DNA from: Spirochaetaceae bacterium
GTDB taxonomy: Bacteria > Spirochaetota > Spirochaetia > B11-G9
Length of the DNA stretch: 64,000 nucleotides
Assembly (NCBI GenBank): GCA_015493635.1
Contig: WGCU01000079.1
Span: forward strand, 23,674-87,673
Direction: 5' to 3'
The notes under the pieces are model-generated. The model was not told where the DNA came from and did not search any database. It saw nothing but the letters and a program-made list of their open reading frames with translations. The translations under genes were made by a program, and so were the position numbers. Positions 36,484-45,057 of this stretch are shown piece after piece. Numbering within the stretch: the stretch's first letter is position 1; each line of letters begins with the position of its first letter.

Positions 36484-37910
36484 TGGATGTAACCAACATT
36501 AATAAACTTTTTAAAGAGGACCTTTCCGCAGTAAATCTCGGTCTGGAATCATTTGCAGAGAATTTACGGGATGAAGGGGTGAAAGCTGTTCAGGTACTGT
36601 GGAAACCGCCAGCAGGGGGAAATAAGGAAATTGCCGGTCTTCTAGACAAGCTTGATACGATACGGACAAAAATAGATATAGACGCTGCCAACAAAAAAGC
36701 TGCCGAAATAATCAATAACGGGAAACCGACGGTTATTGATATTTATACCGCGGGAAAGGCGATTCCCGGAATGAGGAAGAACCTTCTTCTTCATGCGGGC
36801 CCTCCTGTCACCTGGGATAGAATGAGCGGCCCGACACGGGGAGCTGTTATCGGCGGACTTGTATATGAGGGGCTTGCAAAAACCTATGAAGATGCAGAGA
36901 AACTTGCTGCTTCCGGTGAAATAGATTTTGAACCCTGCCATGACCATGGAACGGTTGGCCCTATGGCAGGAATTGTTACGTACAGTATGCCGGTATGGAT
37001 TCTTGAAAATAAAACATACGGAAATAAATCTTATGCTACCCTTAATGAGGGTCTTGGAAAAGTGCTCCGTTATGGTGCATACGGTCCGGATGTTCTGGAA
37101 AAACTGAAGTGGATGGAAACAGATCTTGCTCCCATCCTTAAAGAAGCTCTTGATCTTCATGGGGAACTGGACATGAAGAACATCATTGCCCAGATTCTTC
37201 AGATGGGGGATGAGGGTCATAACAGAAACAGAGCCGGTACGTCTCTCTTTATCAGGGAAATGGCTCCTTATCTGGTACAGCTTGACGAACCGAAAGAAAA
37301 GATTGTCAAGGTCCTTGAATTCCTCAACGCCAACGATCACTTCTTTCTGAACCTTTCCATGCCCTCCGCAAAATGTATCATAGACGCGGCCGCAGGTATT
37401 GAAGGAAGTTCAATTTGTACTACGATGGCGAGAAATGGAACGGATTTCGGTATCAGAATGTCCTGTACCGGCAGTCAGTGGTTTACCGCTCCGGCACCCA
37501 TGGTTGACGGGCTTTATCTTCCCGGTTACTCGGCGGAGGATGCGGCACCTGATATCGGTGATTCAACCATCACGGAAACCGTCGGTATCGGCGGCTTCGC
37601 TATGGCAGCTGCACCGGCAATTGTCAAGTTTGTCGGCGGTACACCGAATGATGCCCTTAATGTGACAAAGCGGATGTATGAAATAACTGAAACAGAAAAC
37701 AAGATTTTTCAGATCCCCGCACTTGATTTCAGAGGAACACCCACAGGGATTGATATTCTGAAGATCGTTGAGAAGGGGATACTTCCCGCGGTTAATACCG
37801 GTATAGCCCATAAAAAACCGGGGATCGGGATGGTTGGTGCAGGTCTCGTAAAACCGCCGGAGAAATGTTTCAACGATGCCTTTAAGGCATTTGTAGAAAA
37901 GTACTCGTAA
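36483..37910 (+). CDS. ylbE: DUF1116 protein, YlbE/AllG-like subunit
   Basis: 475 aa. Translationally coupled to fdrA (ATGA-type overlap at 36483). Confidence 0.75.
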   Translation: MDVTNINKLFKEDLSAVNLGLESFAENLRDEGVKAVQVLWKPPAGGNKEIAGLLDKLDTIRTKIDIDAANKKAAEIINNGKPTVIDIYTAGKAIPGMRKNLLLHAGPPVTWDRMSGPTRGAVIGGLVYEGLAKTYEDAEKLAASGEIDFEPCHDHGTVGPMAGIVTYSMPVWILENKTYGNKSYATLNEGLGKVLRYGAYGPDVLEKLKWMETDLAPILKEALDLHGELDMKNIIAQILQMGDEGHNRNRAGTSLFIREMAPYLVQLDEPKEKIVKVLEFLNANDHFFLNLSMPSAKCIIDAAAGIEGSSICTTMARNGTDFGIRMSCTGSQWFTAPAPMVDGLYLPGYSAEDAAPDIGDSTITETVGIGGFAMAAAPAIVKFVGGTPNDALNVTKRMYEITETENKIFQIPALDFRGTPTGIDILKIVEKGILPAVNTGIAHKKPGIGMVGAGLVKPPEKCFNDAFKAFVEKYS

Positions 37911-37982
37911 GTTTTTAAGGATAATTGCCGGGGGTTGAATCTCCCGGCTGCTATAATAAATATTTTTCATAAGGAGAAACAA

Positions 37983-38855
37983 ATGAAAGCAATTGATTTA
38001 ACCATTCCATTAGGTATTGGAACACCTCCATGGCCTACATACATTCCCCTGCAGGTGCAGTACTTTAAAAGACTTGCGCCGAATGGAGCGAACGGCCAGG
38101 TTGTAACTCACTCAAACCACATAGGAACACACCTTGACGGGGAAATCCATTTCTATACACCCGGTAAGGATATGGCTGAACTGCAGCTGGATTATCTTAT
38201 GCACGATGCGGCTATCGTTGACCTTTCTGATGTCTGCGGTGATTACGATGTGTATACATCACAGATGGTGGAAGAACGGGTAGAAGTCAAGGAAGGAGAT
38301 ATCCTTATTATTCATACCGGGTATCACCACTACGGCTGGGATCAGTCAGGTGCTGATGAGATCAGATACATGATCAAACATCCCGGACCAAACAGGGAAT
38401 TTGCGGAATGGGCAAAAAAGAAGAAACTCCGATGGATCGGAGTAGACTGCGGTTCTGCTGATCATCCCATGAATACCAAAATCAGGGACTGGATGCCGAA
38501 AGAGGCTAAGCACTGTGACGCACACATGAAAGAAAAATACGGCCAGGGCCTCGATGAGATCTTTGCTGAAGACAAGTATCAGCTGATGCACCTTGAAATG
38601 TTTGATCATCATATTATCCATGCTGAATGTATGGGCGGTGATATTGACCTGCTCCTGAACCAGAGAGTAACCGTTGGATGTTTCCCCTGGAAGTTTGTTG
38701 ACGGTGAAGCAAGTATTTCCAGAATTGTAGCCTTTGTAGATGATGACCGGTACGAGAAACTGATGGCGAAAAAAGCTAAATGTGAACTGACAAAATTCGG
38801 TGATATTGACGGCGGAAAGAATGCATGGCTCCATGAAGAGGCAAAGAAGAAATAG
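37983..38855 (+). CDS. Cyclase-family hydrolase (kynurenine formamidase / isatin hydrolase-like)
   Basis: HIGTHLDGEIHF metal-binding motif (HxGTHxDxPxH). AAGGAG RBS before ATG 37983. Confidence 0.8.
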   Translation: MKAIDLTIPLGIGTPPWPTYIPLQVQYFKRLAPNGANGQVVTHSNHIGTHLDGEIHFYTPGKDMAELQLDYLMHDAAIVDLSDVCGDYDVYTSQMVEERVEVKEGDILIIHTGYHHYGWDQSGADEIRYMIKHPGPNREFAEWAKKKKLRWIGVDCGSADHPMNTKIRDWMPKEAKHCDAHMKEKYGQGLDEIFAEDKYQLMHLEMFDHHIIHAECMGGDIDLLLNQRVTVGCFPWKFVDGEASISRIVAFVDDDRYEKLMAKKAKCELTKFGDIDGGKNAWLHEEAKKK

Positions 38856-38869
38856 ATAACACTACCCGA

Positions 38870-38914
38870 TTTTTTTACCGCACCGTGCCCTGCAGCGCTG
38901 GTGCGGTTTTTTTG
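38870..38914. terminator. Bidirectional rho-independent terminator
   Basis: ACCGCACC...GGTGCGGT stem flanked by T-runs on both strands. Confidence 0.75.
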
Positions 38915-39331
38915 TCAGGCAGTATTATCGGGGTTGTCTCCTGCCTTTTCCAGCAGGTGAAGGAACCGGCACTCTTCCACTCCCCTCCCGGGGCTGCAGA
39001 AGGTGGAAAATTTCTTAAGAGCATTCATGATACGGTTTAATTCCGCTATGCGATGTTCAATGTCCCTTATCTTTTGCAGCGCTTTTTTATGCACTGTCTC
39101 ACAGGAGCTTCCTGGTGCAATTTTCATCTCACTGAGCTCTTTGATCTCCTTCAATGAGAAACCGAGTTTTTGGGCATTCCTGATAAATTTCAACTGTTCC
39201 ACAGTAGTACTGTCGTAGTCTCTGTATCCGTTAGCCCGTTTCCCGGGAACCGGGATAACCCCCTTTTCCTCATAGAACCTGATAGTGCGGGATGAAACCC
39301 CGGTTAGTTGTGAAAGTGTTCCTTTTGTCAT
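38915..39331 (-). CDS. merR: MerR-family regulator with Hg(II)-type cysteine triad
   Basis: HTH TIRFYEEKGVIP. Cysteines SSCET and FCSPGRGVEEC in the spacing of MerR C82/C117/C126. GGGGTG RBS before ATG 39331. Confidence 0.75.
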   Translation of the reverse strand: MTKGTLSQLTGVSSRTIRFYEEKGVIPVPGKRANGYRDYDSTTVEQLKFIRNAQKLGFSLKEIKELSEMKIAPGSSCETVHKKALQKIRDIEHRIAELNRIMNALKKFSTFCSPGRGVEECRFLHLLEKAGDNPDNTA

Positions 39332-39385
39332 TTCTACACCCCTGTACTCCAACAATACGGTATCAGGCTTAAAGTATCCAGTAGT

Positions 39386-40720
39386 TTATCCGGCACATCA
39401 GCTTAAAGAATGAATGTCTTTGTCAAAGACAAGAGTTGCGAGTTTAATGCCTTCCACTGCAGTCAGATAGGGGAAGTATGTGTTAACAAGATCGTTGGTG
39501 CTCATTCCGGCCATGATGGCAATGGTAAGCGTCTGTATCATGTTCCCGGCATCCCTTGCCAGAATTTCGGCACCAATAAGAAGATCTGTATCAGCATTTT
39601 TAACCAGAATGATGGTCCCGAACGTGTCATTGTTTGCGAGACCGTAGGGCGTTTCCGCCATGGGAAAACGGGACACTGAAGTGCGTATACCGGCTTTGTC
39701 TGCTTCCCGTTCTGTTATTCCAACCCGTGCAATCTGCGGGTGGGTAAAGATAACATGAGGAACTGCGTGATAGGAAAGTGGAACGGGAACAGGGGAAAAT
39801 GCGTTTGAGACTGCGGTTTGTCCTTCTTTGGCAGCGACATAGACAAGTCCGGGAGTGGCGCATACATCTCCCGCCGCGTAGATATCAGGATTTGAAGTAC
39901 CAAGATACTCATCGGTATATATATGGTTTGCCGTATCGGTTTCAACCCCTGCTGCTGACAAATTCAGCGATTCAGTATTCCCCGTTCTTCCTGTGGCAAA
40001 AACTATCTGTTCTGCAGCAATGGTTTTTTCTTCTCCGTTTTTTGTATACTTGATGGATTTTTTACCTTTGTCAGGGAAGGCCTCGACAAGGGTAGTGCCG
40101 GTAATAACGTTAATTCCTGGTCAACGAGTACCTTTTCTATGGAAGAACTTATTTCAGTATCGAACTGAGGAATAAGATGAGTACTGCGCTGGAGAATGGT
40201 TACGTCAACGCCAAGCCGGGCAAAAGCCTGACCCAGCTCCAGAGTAATAAAACGTCCTCCGACAATAATAAGAGATTCGGGCAGTGTATCAATGAACAAT
40301 ATACCGGTACTGTCCAGCGGATCTATTGTTTCTATTCCGGAAAAATTCGGGATAAAGGGTTTGGAACCTGTTGTAATGATGAATTTCCTGCCTGTAATAG
40401 TACTGCCATTGGATAATACTATTGATCGTTTGTCTATAAACCGGGCTGTTTCATGGAAATAGGATACCGTATCTCTGTAATTATCAAGCACGTGAATATA
40501 TTTATTCTTTCGAAGACTGCCGATAAGCCGGTCTCTTCCGTTGGCAATAAAACTCCATGTGCTGCCTGAAAAAGCTTCACTGATAATATATTTGGAAGGC
40601 ACACATCCTCCATTTCCTCAATAAGGGCAGCGCTTTTTCCTCCTTCAGCGCGTTACCCACTGTCTACTCGCAATGGATGCAGCTCATGCCGTCAATTTTT
40701 AGTTTTTTATAGCTGATCAT
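39386..40720 (-). pseudogene. merA: Decayed merA (mercuric reductase) with in-frame TGA at both redox-cysteine positions, one frameshift, one TAG and an N-terminal internal deletion
   Basis: Track ORFs 40003..40602 and 39398..39961 are two frames of one pyridine nucleotide-disulfide oxidoreductase. HMA-domain start MISYKKLKIDGMSCIHCE (ATG 40720, AAGGAG RBS) ends at TAG 40666..40664. Redox motif reads ...PY-TGA-GNGGCVPSK. C-terminus reads LS-TGA-CAG then TAA at 39388..39386. A 1-nt deletion near 40117-40123 breaks the frame. Confidence 0.7.
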
Positions 40721-40758
40721 CCGGTAATCTCCTTAATTATTATATTACTATATAAGTA

Positions 40759-40789
40759 ATATAAGCGCGGCACTATGGTGCGGTGTCAA
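40759..40789 (-). promoter_or_regulatory. MerR-type promoter/operator (19-nt spacer) upstream of the merA remnant
   Basis: Minus strand TTGACA (40789..40784), 19 nt spacer, TTATAT (40764..40759). Spacer holds dyad CCGCAC-cata-GTGCCG resembling merO. Palindrome ATATTACT-N5-AGTAATAT lies just downstream. Confidence 0.5.
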
Positions 40790-40805
40790 GGGAAAAAGTA
40801 TTTGT

Positions 40806-41684
40806 TTAAAAGAAGATGCTTATTTCCTGCAGTGTTTCTTCCGGTGAGGGGTTTACGCCCAGGGCAAGTCTGTTTTTAAGGTTAAGGGTTTTTTCATCCG
40901 GAACGATCTTGTACTCATTAAAAAGTTTCATTTCAAGGGTCCGGTATAATCTTGTTACCTCGCTGGTATTTCCGAGAAAACCCAGTGCCTGCATAATCAG
41001 TCTGTAAGCGGGTTCGCAGAAAGGATCGCACGATAAAAGCTGCTGGCCGTAGATGAGAGCTTCTCTGTACAAACCGGAATAAACACACAGGCGGAGGGTG
41101 CGGAAAAGGAGTGTCTCATAGATATGTTTAATGCGCAATCTTTCATTTTGTAAAGGTATGACTGTTGTTATATTATCAAAGAAAGTACCTCCATACAGGG
41201 ACAGAGCAGCACGGGATGTACGAAGCGCTTCATCGAAATATCCTTTCTCTTCAAGATCCCGGGCTTCTTCAATGCCCGCCGCAAAAGTATCAACATCGAC
41301 TTCAATGGCATCTCCATTAAAAGCAATTGAATTTCTGTCTATCATGAGAATGCTGTCATTCATTTTGAAAAGCTTCTTAAGCCGATAGATAAGCGTATTC
41401 AGATTATCCTTTTTACTTCGTTGTGAGTAATGTTCCCAAAAAAGATTAAAAATTACTTCTTTCCTTAAAACATCTTTCCTGTGCAGTATGAGAAGAATGA
41501 GCAGATCCTGAATCCTCCTGCGTTTCAGAAAATCAGATGAAGATACGTGTTGTCCGTCAAGGAATATGTTTAAGGGTCCGAGGGTGCTGAACTGTAGAAC
41601 AGGTTTTTTCTTTGCCGTTTCACCGGTAAATGCTGCCGGGTACAAATTCTTTTCCATTATAACGGGTAGCGTTGAAGTACTCAT
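40806..41684 (-). CDS. SARP-family transcriptional regulator (OmpR-type winged helix plus BTAD)
   Basis: N-terminal LQFSTLGPLNIFLDGQHV winged-helix pattern. C-terminal bacterial transcriptional activator domain (…LYREALIYGQQLL…YRLIMQAL…). Confidence 0.7.
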   Translation of the reverse strand: MSTSTLPVIMEKNLYPAAFTGETAKKKPVLQFSTLGPLNIFLDGQHVSSSDFLKRRRIQDLLILLILHRKDVLRKEVIFNLFWEHYSQRSKKDNLNTLIYRLKKLFKMNDSILMIDRNSIAFNGDAIEVDVDTFAAGIEEARDLEEKGYFDEALRTSRAALSLYGGTFFDNITTVIPLQNERLRIKHIYETLLFRTLRLCVYSGLYREALIYGQQLLSCDPFCEPAYRLIMQALGFLGNTSEVTRLYRTLEMKLFNEYKIVPDEKTLNLKNRLALGVNPSPEETLQEISIFF

Positions 41685-41887
41685 AGATTCTCTCCTTATT
41701 AATACTAAGCACGAACCGTGCCATAGCTGAAGTACTGATTGAAAGGGGTCTTAAGGGAGATATATGTTGCAAAATTGCAAATATGTATGGTAAATAAGTA
41801 TAACTTGTTTAAAAGTAGGTAGATAAGTGTGTTGCAAAAGCGCAACATGGTATTGCAAGAATACAACAATTATGGTATGAACCTTTC

Positions 41888-43630
41888 ATGGCTATAAAGG
41901 ATTTTACTCTTTACAACGATTACCATGTTACGGTGGATACACCCCCTTCAGCAGTTCTTTCACGTTTTCTTTCATCACGAAGCGTGCAGCTTGTTGTTCT
42001 GGAAGGCCATCGGCTGAAAGGGTTGATTGACATTTTTACGTTTGCGGAGAATGATCTTTCCTGTTCTGTAAAAGAATGTGTTTCAGAGAAATATGTTTCA
42101 GCACAGCTGACAGATTCCCCGGAAATGTTCTGGAATGCTGAACAGCACATTATCCCCGTTATTGGAGATGACGGATTGTTTATAGGGTGTGTCCAGAGAG
42201 AGGATATCATCTCCTCTCTCATCCAGACTGGTGGAGCATTACATCTTGAAGAAGAATACCGGGCCATCTTTGAATATTCGTACGACGGGATCTTTATCTC
42301 AAACGGACAGGGAAAGGTTGTAAGGATAAATAAAGCATGTGAAATAATGGAGGGGATTAAATCAGCGGAGGTTGTCGGCAAAAGTGTGAAGCAGCTCCTC
42401 GATGAGGGATATTACACAAATTCGGTAACTCTGGAAGTATTAAAAAAGAAAATACCGGTGACACAGCTGCAGAGAGCAAAAAACGGCCGCAGAATTATGT
42501 GTACCGGAGTTCCTGTTTTTAAAAACGGTGAAATAACGCGTGTTGTTATTAACTCCCGGGATATAAGTGAGCTTACGCTCCTTGAGAAAGAACTTCAGGA
42601 AACGAAAATTCAGAGTGAAAAATTACGGAATCAGGTTAGGCATCTGGAGAAAGAGATCCTTTATGATGAAAAACTTGTCTATAAAAGTGAATATATGTTT
42701 GAAATTATGAAGACCGTACTGCATGTGGCTGAATTTGATTCTACCCTGCTTCTTACCGGTGAATCGGGAGTAGGTAAAGAGATGATCGCGCGCCTTGTCC
42801 ACCGGAAGAGTAAACGGCGGGAATTTCCGTTTATCAAAGTTGACTGCGGTTCCATTCCCTCAGCACTGTTTGAATCAGAACTGTTCGGGTATGAAAAAGG
42901 AGCGTTTACCGGTGCGGAACGGCAGGGAAAAATGGGATTGCTGGAGCTGTCGGACAAAGGGACGCTGTTTTTTGATGAAATAGGAGATCTCCCTTTGGAA
43001 ATGCAGGTAAAACTCCTGCGCTTTATGCAGGACAAGGAAATAATAAAAGTGGGAGGTAAAAAAGCCATACCGGTTGACACCCGGATTATAGCCGCAACAA
43101 ACAGGGATCTTGTCAGCATGGTAGAGGCGGGAGATTTTAGAAAAGATCTATATTACCGCATCAATGTCATCCCTCTTATTGTTCCGCCTTTGCGGGAACG
43201 GAAAGAAGATATCTTTGTTTTACTGCAGTTTTTCCTTGATAAGTTTAACAGGCAGTTCGGTATTACCAAAGAGCTGGATACGGAAACACTGGAAATTCTG
43301 GAAGAATATTCCTGGCCGGGCAATGTACGGGAGCTGGAAAATCTAATGGAGCGGCTCATGGTCTTGAGCCCCGAGAAAAAAATACATGTGTCTGACCTTC
43401 CCGTTGCACTGCGGAACGGTTTCACCGGCCGGAAACTCTTTTCCGATGTAACGCAAACTGATACGTACCGGTCTGTCATGTCAAAAGTAGAAAAAAAAAT
43501 ACTTGAGGAAGCAAAAGTAAAATCCGGTAATTTGAAAGAGATGGCTCAAATCCTTGGACTGGATAAAAGCTCGGTTTCAAGAAAATTAAAAAAGCATGGT
43601 ATCCCGTTATGGCAAAAAGAAAAACCGTAG
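41888..43630 (+). CDS. sigma54-dependent transcriptional activator with CBS pair and PAS sensor domains and C-terminal Fis-type HTH
   Basis: AAA+ sigma54-interaction domain with Walker A GESGVGKE and GAFTGA motif (ESELFGYEKGAFTGA). PAS and CBS regions at the N-terminus. HTH ...LKEMAQILGLDKSSVSRKLKKHGI. Confidence 0.9.
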   Translation: MAIKDFTLYNDYHVTVDTPPSAVLSRFLSSRSVQLVVLEGHRLKGLIDIFTFAENDLSCSVKECVSEKYVSAQLTDSPEMFWNAEQHIIPVIGDDGLFIGCVQREDIISSLIQTGGALHLEEEYRAIFEYSYDGIFISNGQGKVVRINKACEIMEGIKSAEVVGKSVKQLLDEGYYTNSVTLEVLKKKIPVTQLQRAKNGRRIMCTGVPVFKNGEITRVVINSRDISELTLLEKELQETKIQSEKLRNQVRHLEKEILYDEKLVYKSEYMFEIMKTVLHVAEFDSTLLLTGESGVGKEMIARLVHRKSKRREFPFIKVDCGSIPSALFESELFGYEKGAFTGAERQGKMGLLELSDKGTLFFDEIGDLPLEMQVKLLRFMQDKEIIKVGGKKAIPVDTRIIAATNRDLVSMVEAGDFRKDLYYRINVIPLIVPPLRERKEDIFVLLQFFLDKFNRQFGITKELDTETLEILEEYSWPGNVRELENLMERLMVLSPEKKIHVSDLPVALRNGFTGRKLFSDVTQTDTYRSVMSKVEKKILEEAKVKSGNLKEMAQILGLDKSSVSRKLKKHGIPLWQKEKP

Positions 43631-43658
43631 AGACATCTGCCTCTACGGTTGTATGAAA

Positions 43659-45044
43659 TCATTTACCGAACTTTTTCCAGTGATCTCCAAAAAGTTTTTC
43701 TTCGTTGGGAATAACCGGATCGATAGGCTGTGAAACCCACGTGGTATTAAGGAAGTGTTTCCACCCTATGTTTTCAGAAACGATGTTGCCGCCCCATGTC
43801 CCGCATCCAAGCGTCATGGAAAACGGCATACCGTTATCGTAGTTCCCGCTGTTGCCGTAGCTCTGGGGCTGCCGGACCATAATGCGGCTTACTTTGACCC
43901 GTGTAGCAAGCTTAATCATGTTTTCGTCGCTGGTAGTGTGTATACCGCAGGAATGTCCATACCCGCAAAATGCTGTAAGCCTTTCAACGTGGTCGATCGC
44001 TTCATCAAATTTGTTAACCTTCCATACCGTAAGGACAGGAGAAAGTTTTTCGCAGCCGAACATGTCTTCCGGACCTATTTTCTCACCCATGACCATAAGA
44101 AATGTGGTATTTTCCGGTACATTCAATCCCGCCAGATCAGCAATCTTTAAGGGAGACTGGGCAACAATGTCTTTGTTCAGGTGGGATCCGTCCGGCCACA
44201 TTACCTTGCGGAGCTGTTCTTTTTCCTGCGAACTGCACAGATATCCGCCCTCTTTTTTAAGATTGTTTATCATGGTATCAAAAACTTCTGATTGCATGAC
44301 AACCGAGTTTTCAGAGGAGCAGGAGGTCGCATTATCAAATGTCTTTCCGAGAAAGATCTTATGGGCTGCGTCATCAAGGTCAGCGGTAGTATCAACTACC
44401 ATAATAGCATTTCCCGCTCCGACACCGTATGCGGGGGTACCTGCGGAATATGCAGCTTTAACCATACCTGCGCCTCCGGTTGCTACGATAAGATCCACAA
44501 CCTTCATTAGTTCCTGGGTAAGTTCAACGGACGGTTCTGTAATACACTGAAGCAGATCAGCAGGTGCTCCTACTTTTTCAAGTCCCTTTCTCATGTATTC
44601 AACGGCAAGTCCGGTGCATCCTTTCGAACGGGGATGGGGAGCAAAGATAACCGCGTTACGGGTTTTCAGGATGGGAAGCCCATTCCCGGGAGGGGTTGAA
44701 GTCGGATTTGTTACCGGTGTCAGTGCACCGATTACTCCGACAGGTTTGGCAATTTTTATAAGACCTTTCGCTTTGTTTTCTTCTATTATTCCTACCGTCT
44801 TTACCCCGTCAAGATCCCGCAGGGTCCCAAGAGTTTTTTTCTGATGTTTAATGAGCTTGTGCTCGTAGATACCCATTCCTGTTTCTTCCACTGCCATACG
44901 GGCACAGGCTTCTGCATTCTCCTGTTTATACACTTCCCAGGCTGCCGCAGCAACCATCTCATCAACCTTTTCCTGGGGCCAGAATTCCACAATTTTCTGT
45001 GCTGCCCGGGCTTTTTCAAGCATTTCTTTCAAGTTATCCGCCAT
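43659..45044 (-). CDS. CoA-acylating aldehyde dehydrogenase (succinate-/malonate-semialdehyde dehydrogenase, SucD/EutE/PduP family)
   Basis: 461 aa. Close resemblance over the whole length to Clostridium kluyveri SucD-type acylating dehydrogenases, including the catalytic Cys in ...SCSSENSV... Confidence 0.85.
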   Translation of the reverse strand: MADNLKEMLEKARAAQKIVEFWPQEKVDEMVAAAAWEVYKQENAEACARMAVEETGMGIYEHKLIKHQKKTLGTLRDLDGVKTVGIIEENKAKGLIKIAKPVGVIGALTPVTNPTSTPPGNGLPILKTRNAVIFAPHPRSKGCTGLAVEYMRKGLEKVGAPADLLQCITEPSVELTQELMKVVDLIVATGGAGMVKAAYSAGTPAYGVGAGNAIMVVDTTADLDDAAHKIFLGKTFDNATSCSSENSVVMQSEVFDTMINNLKKEGGYLCSSQEKEQLRKVMWPDGSHLNKDIVAQSPLKIADLAGLNVPENTTFLMVMGEKIGPEDMFGCEKLSPVLTVWKVNKFDEAIDHVERLTAFCGYGHSCGIHTTSDENMIKLATRVKVSRIMVRQPQSYGNSGNYDNGMPFSMTLGCGTWGGNIVSENIGWKHFLNTTWVSQPIDPVIPNEEKLFGDHWKKFGK

Positions 45045-45057
45045 TTTTTATTTCTCC

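Noticed and set aside
36642-37340. 232-aa minus-strand ORF inside ylbE
   Set aside because: Antisense to a translationally coupled operon gene. Low-complexity and no RBS.
40177-40416. Small plus-strand ORFs (39410..39679, 39778..40053, 39993..40175, 40177..40416) across the merA remnant
   Set aside because: Antisense or out-of-frame artefacts of the decayed merA region. The homology signal is entirely on the minus strand.
43882-44550. 222-aa plus-strand ORF antisense to the aldehyde dehydrogenase gene, and similar antisense ORFs at 24429..25058, 19299..19757, 42679..43119, 61299..61694
   Set aside because: All lie wholly within better-supported genes on the opposite strand and show no domain signatures.
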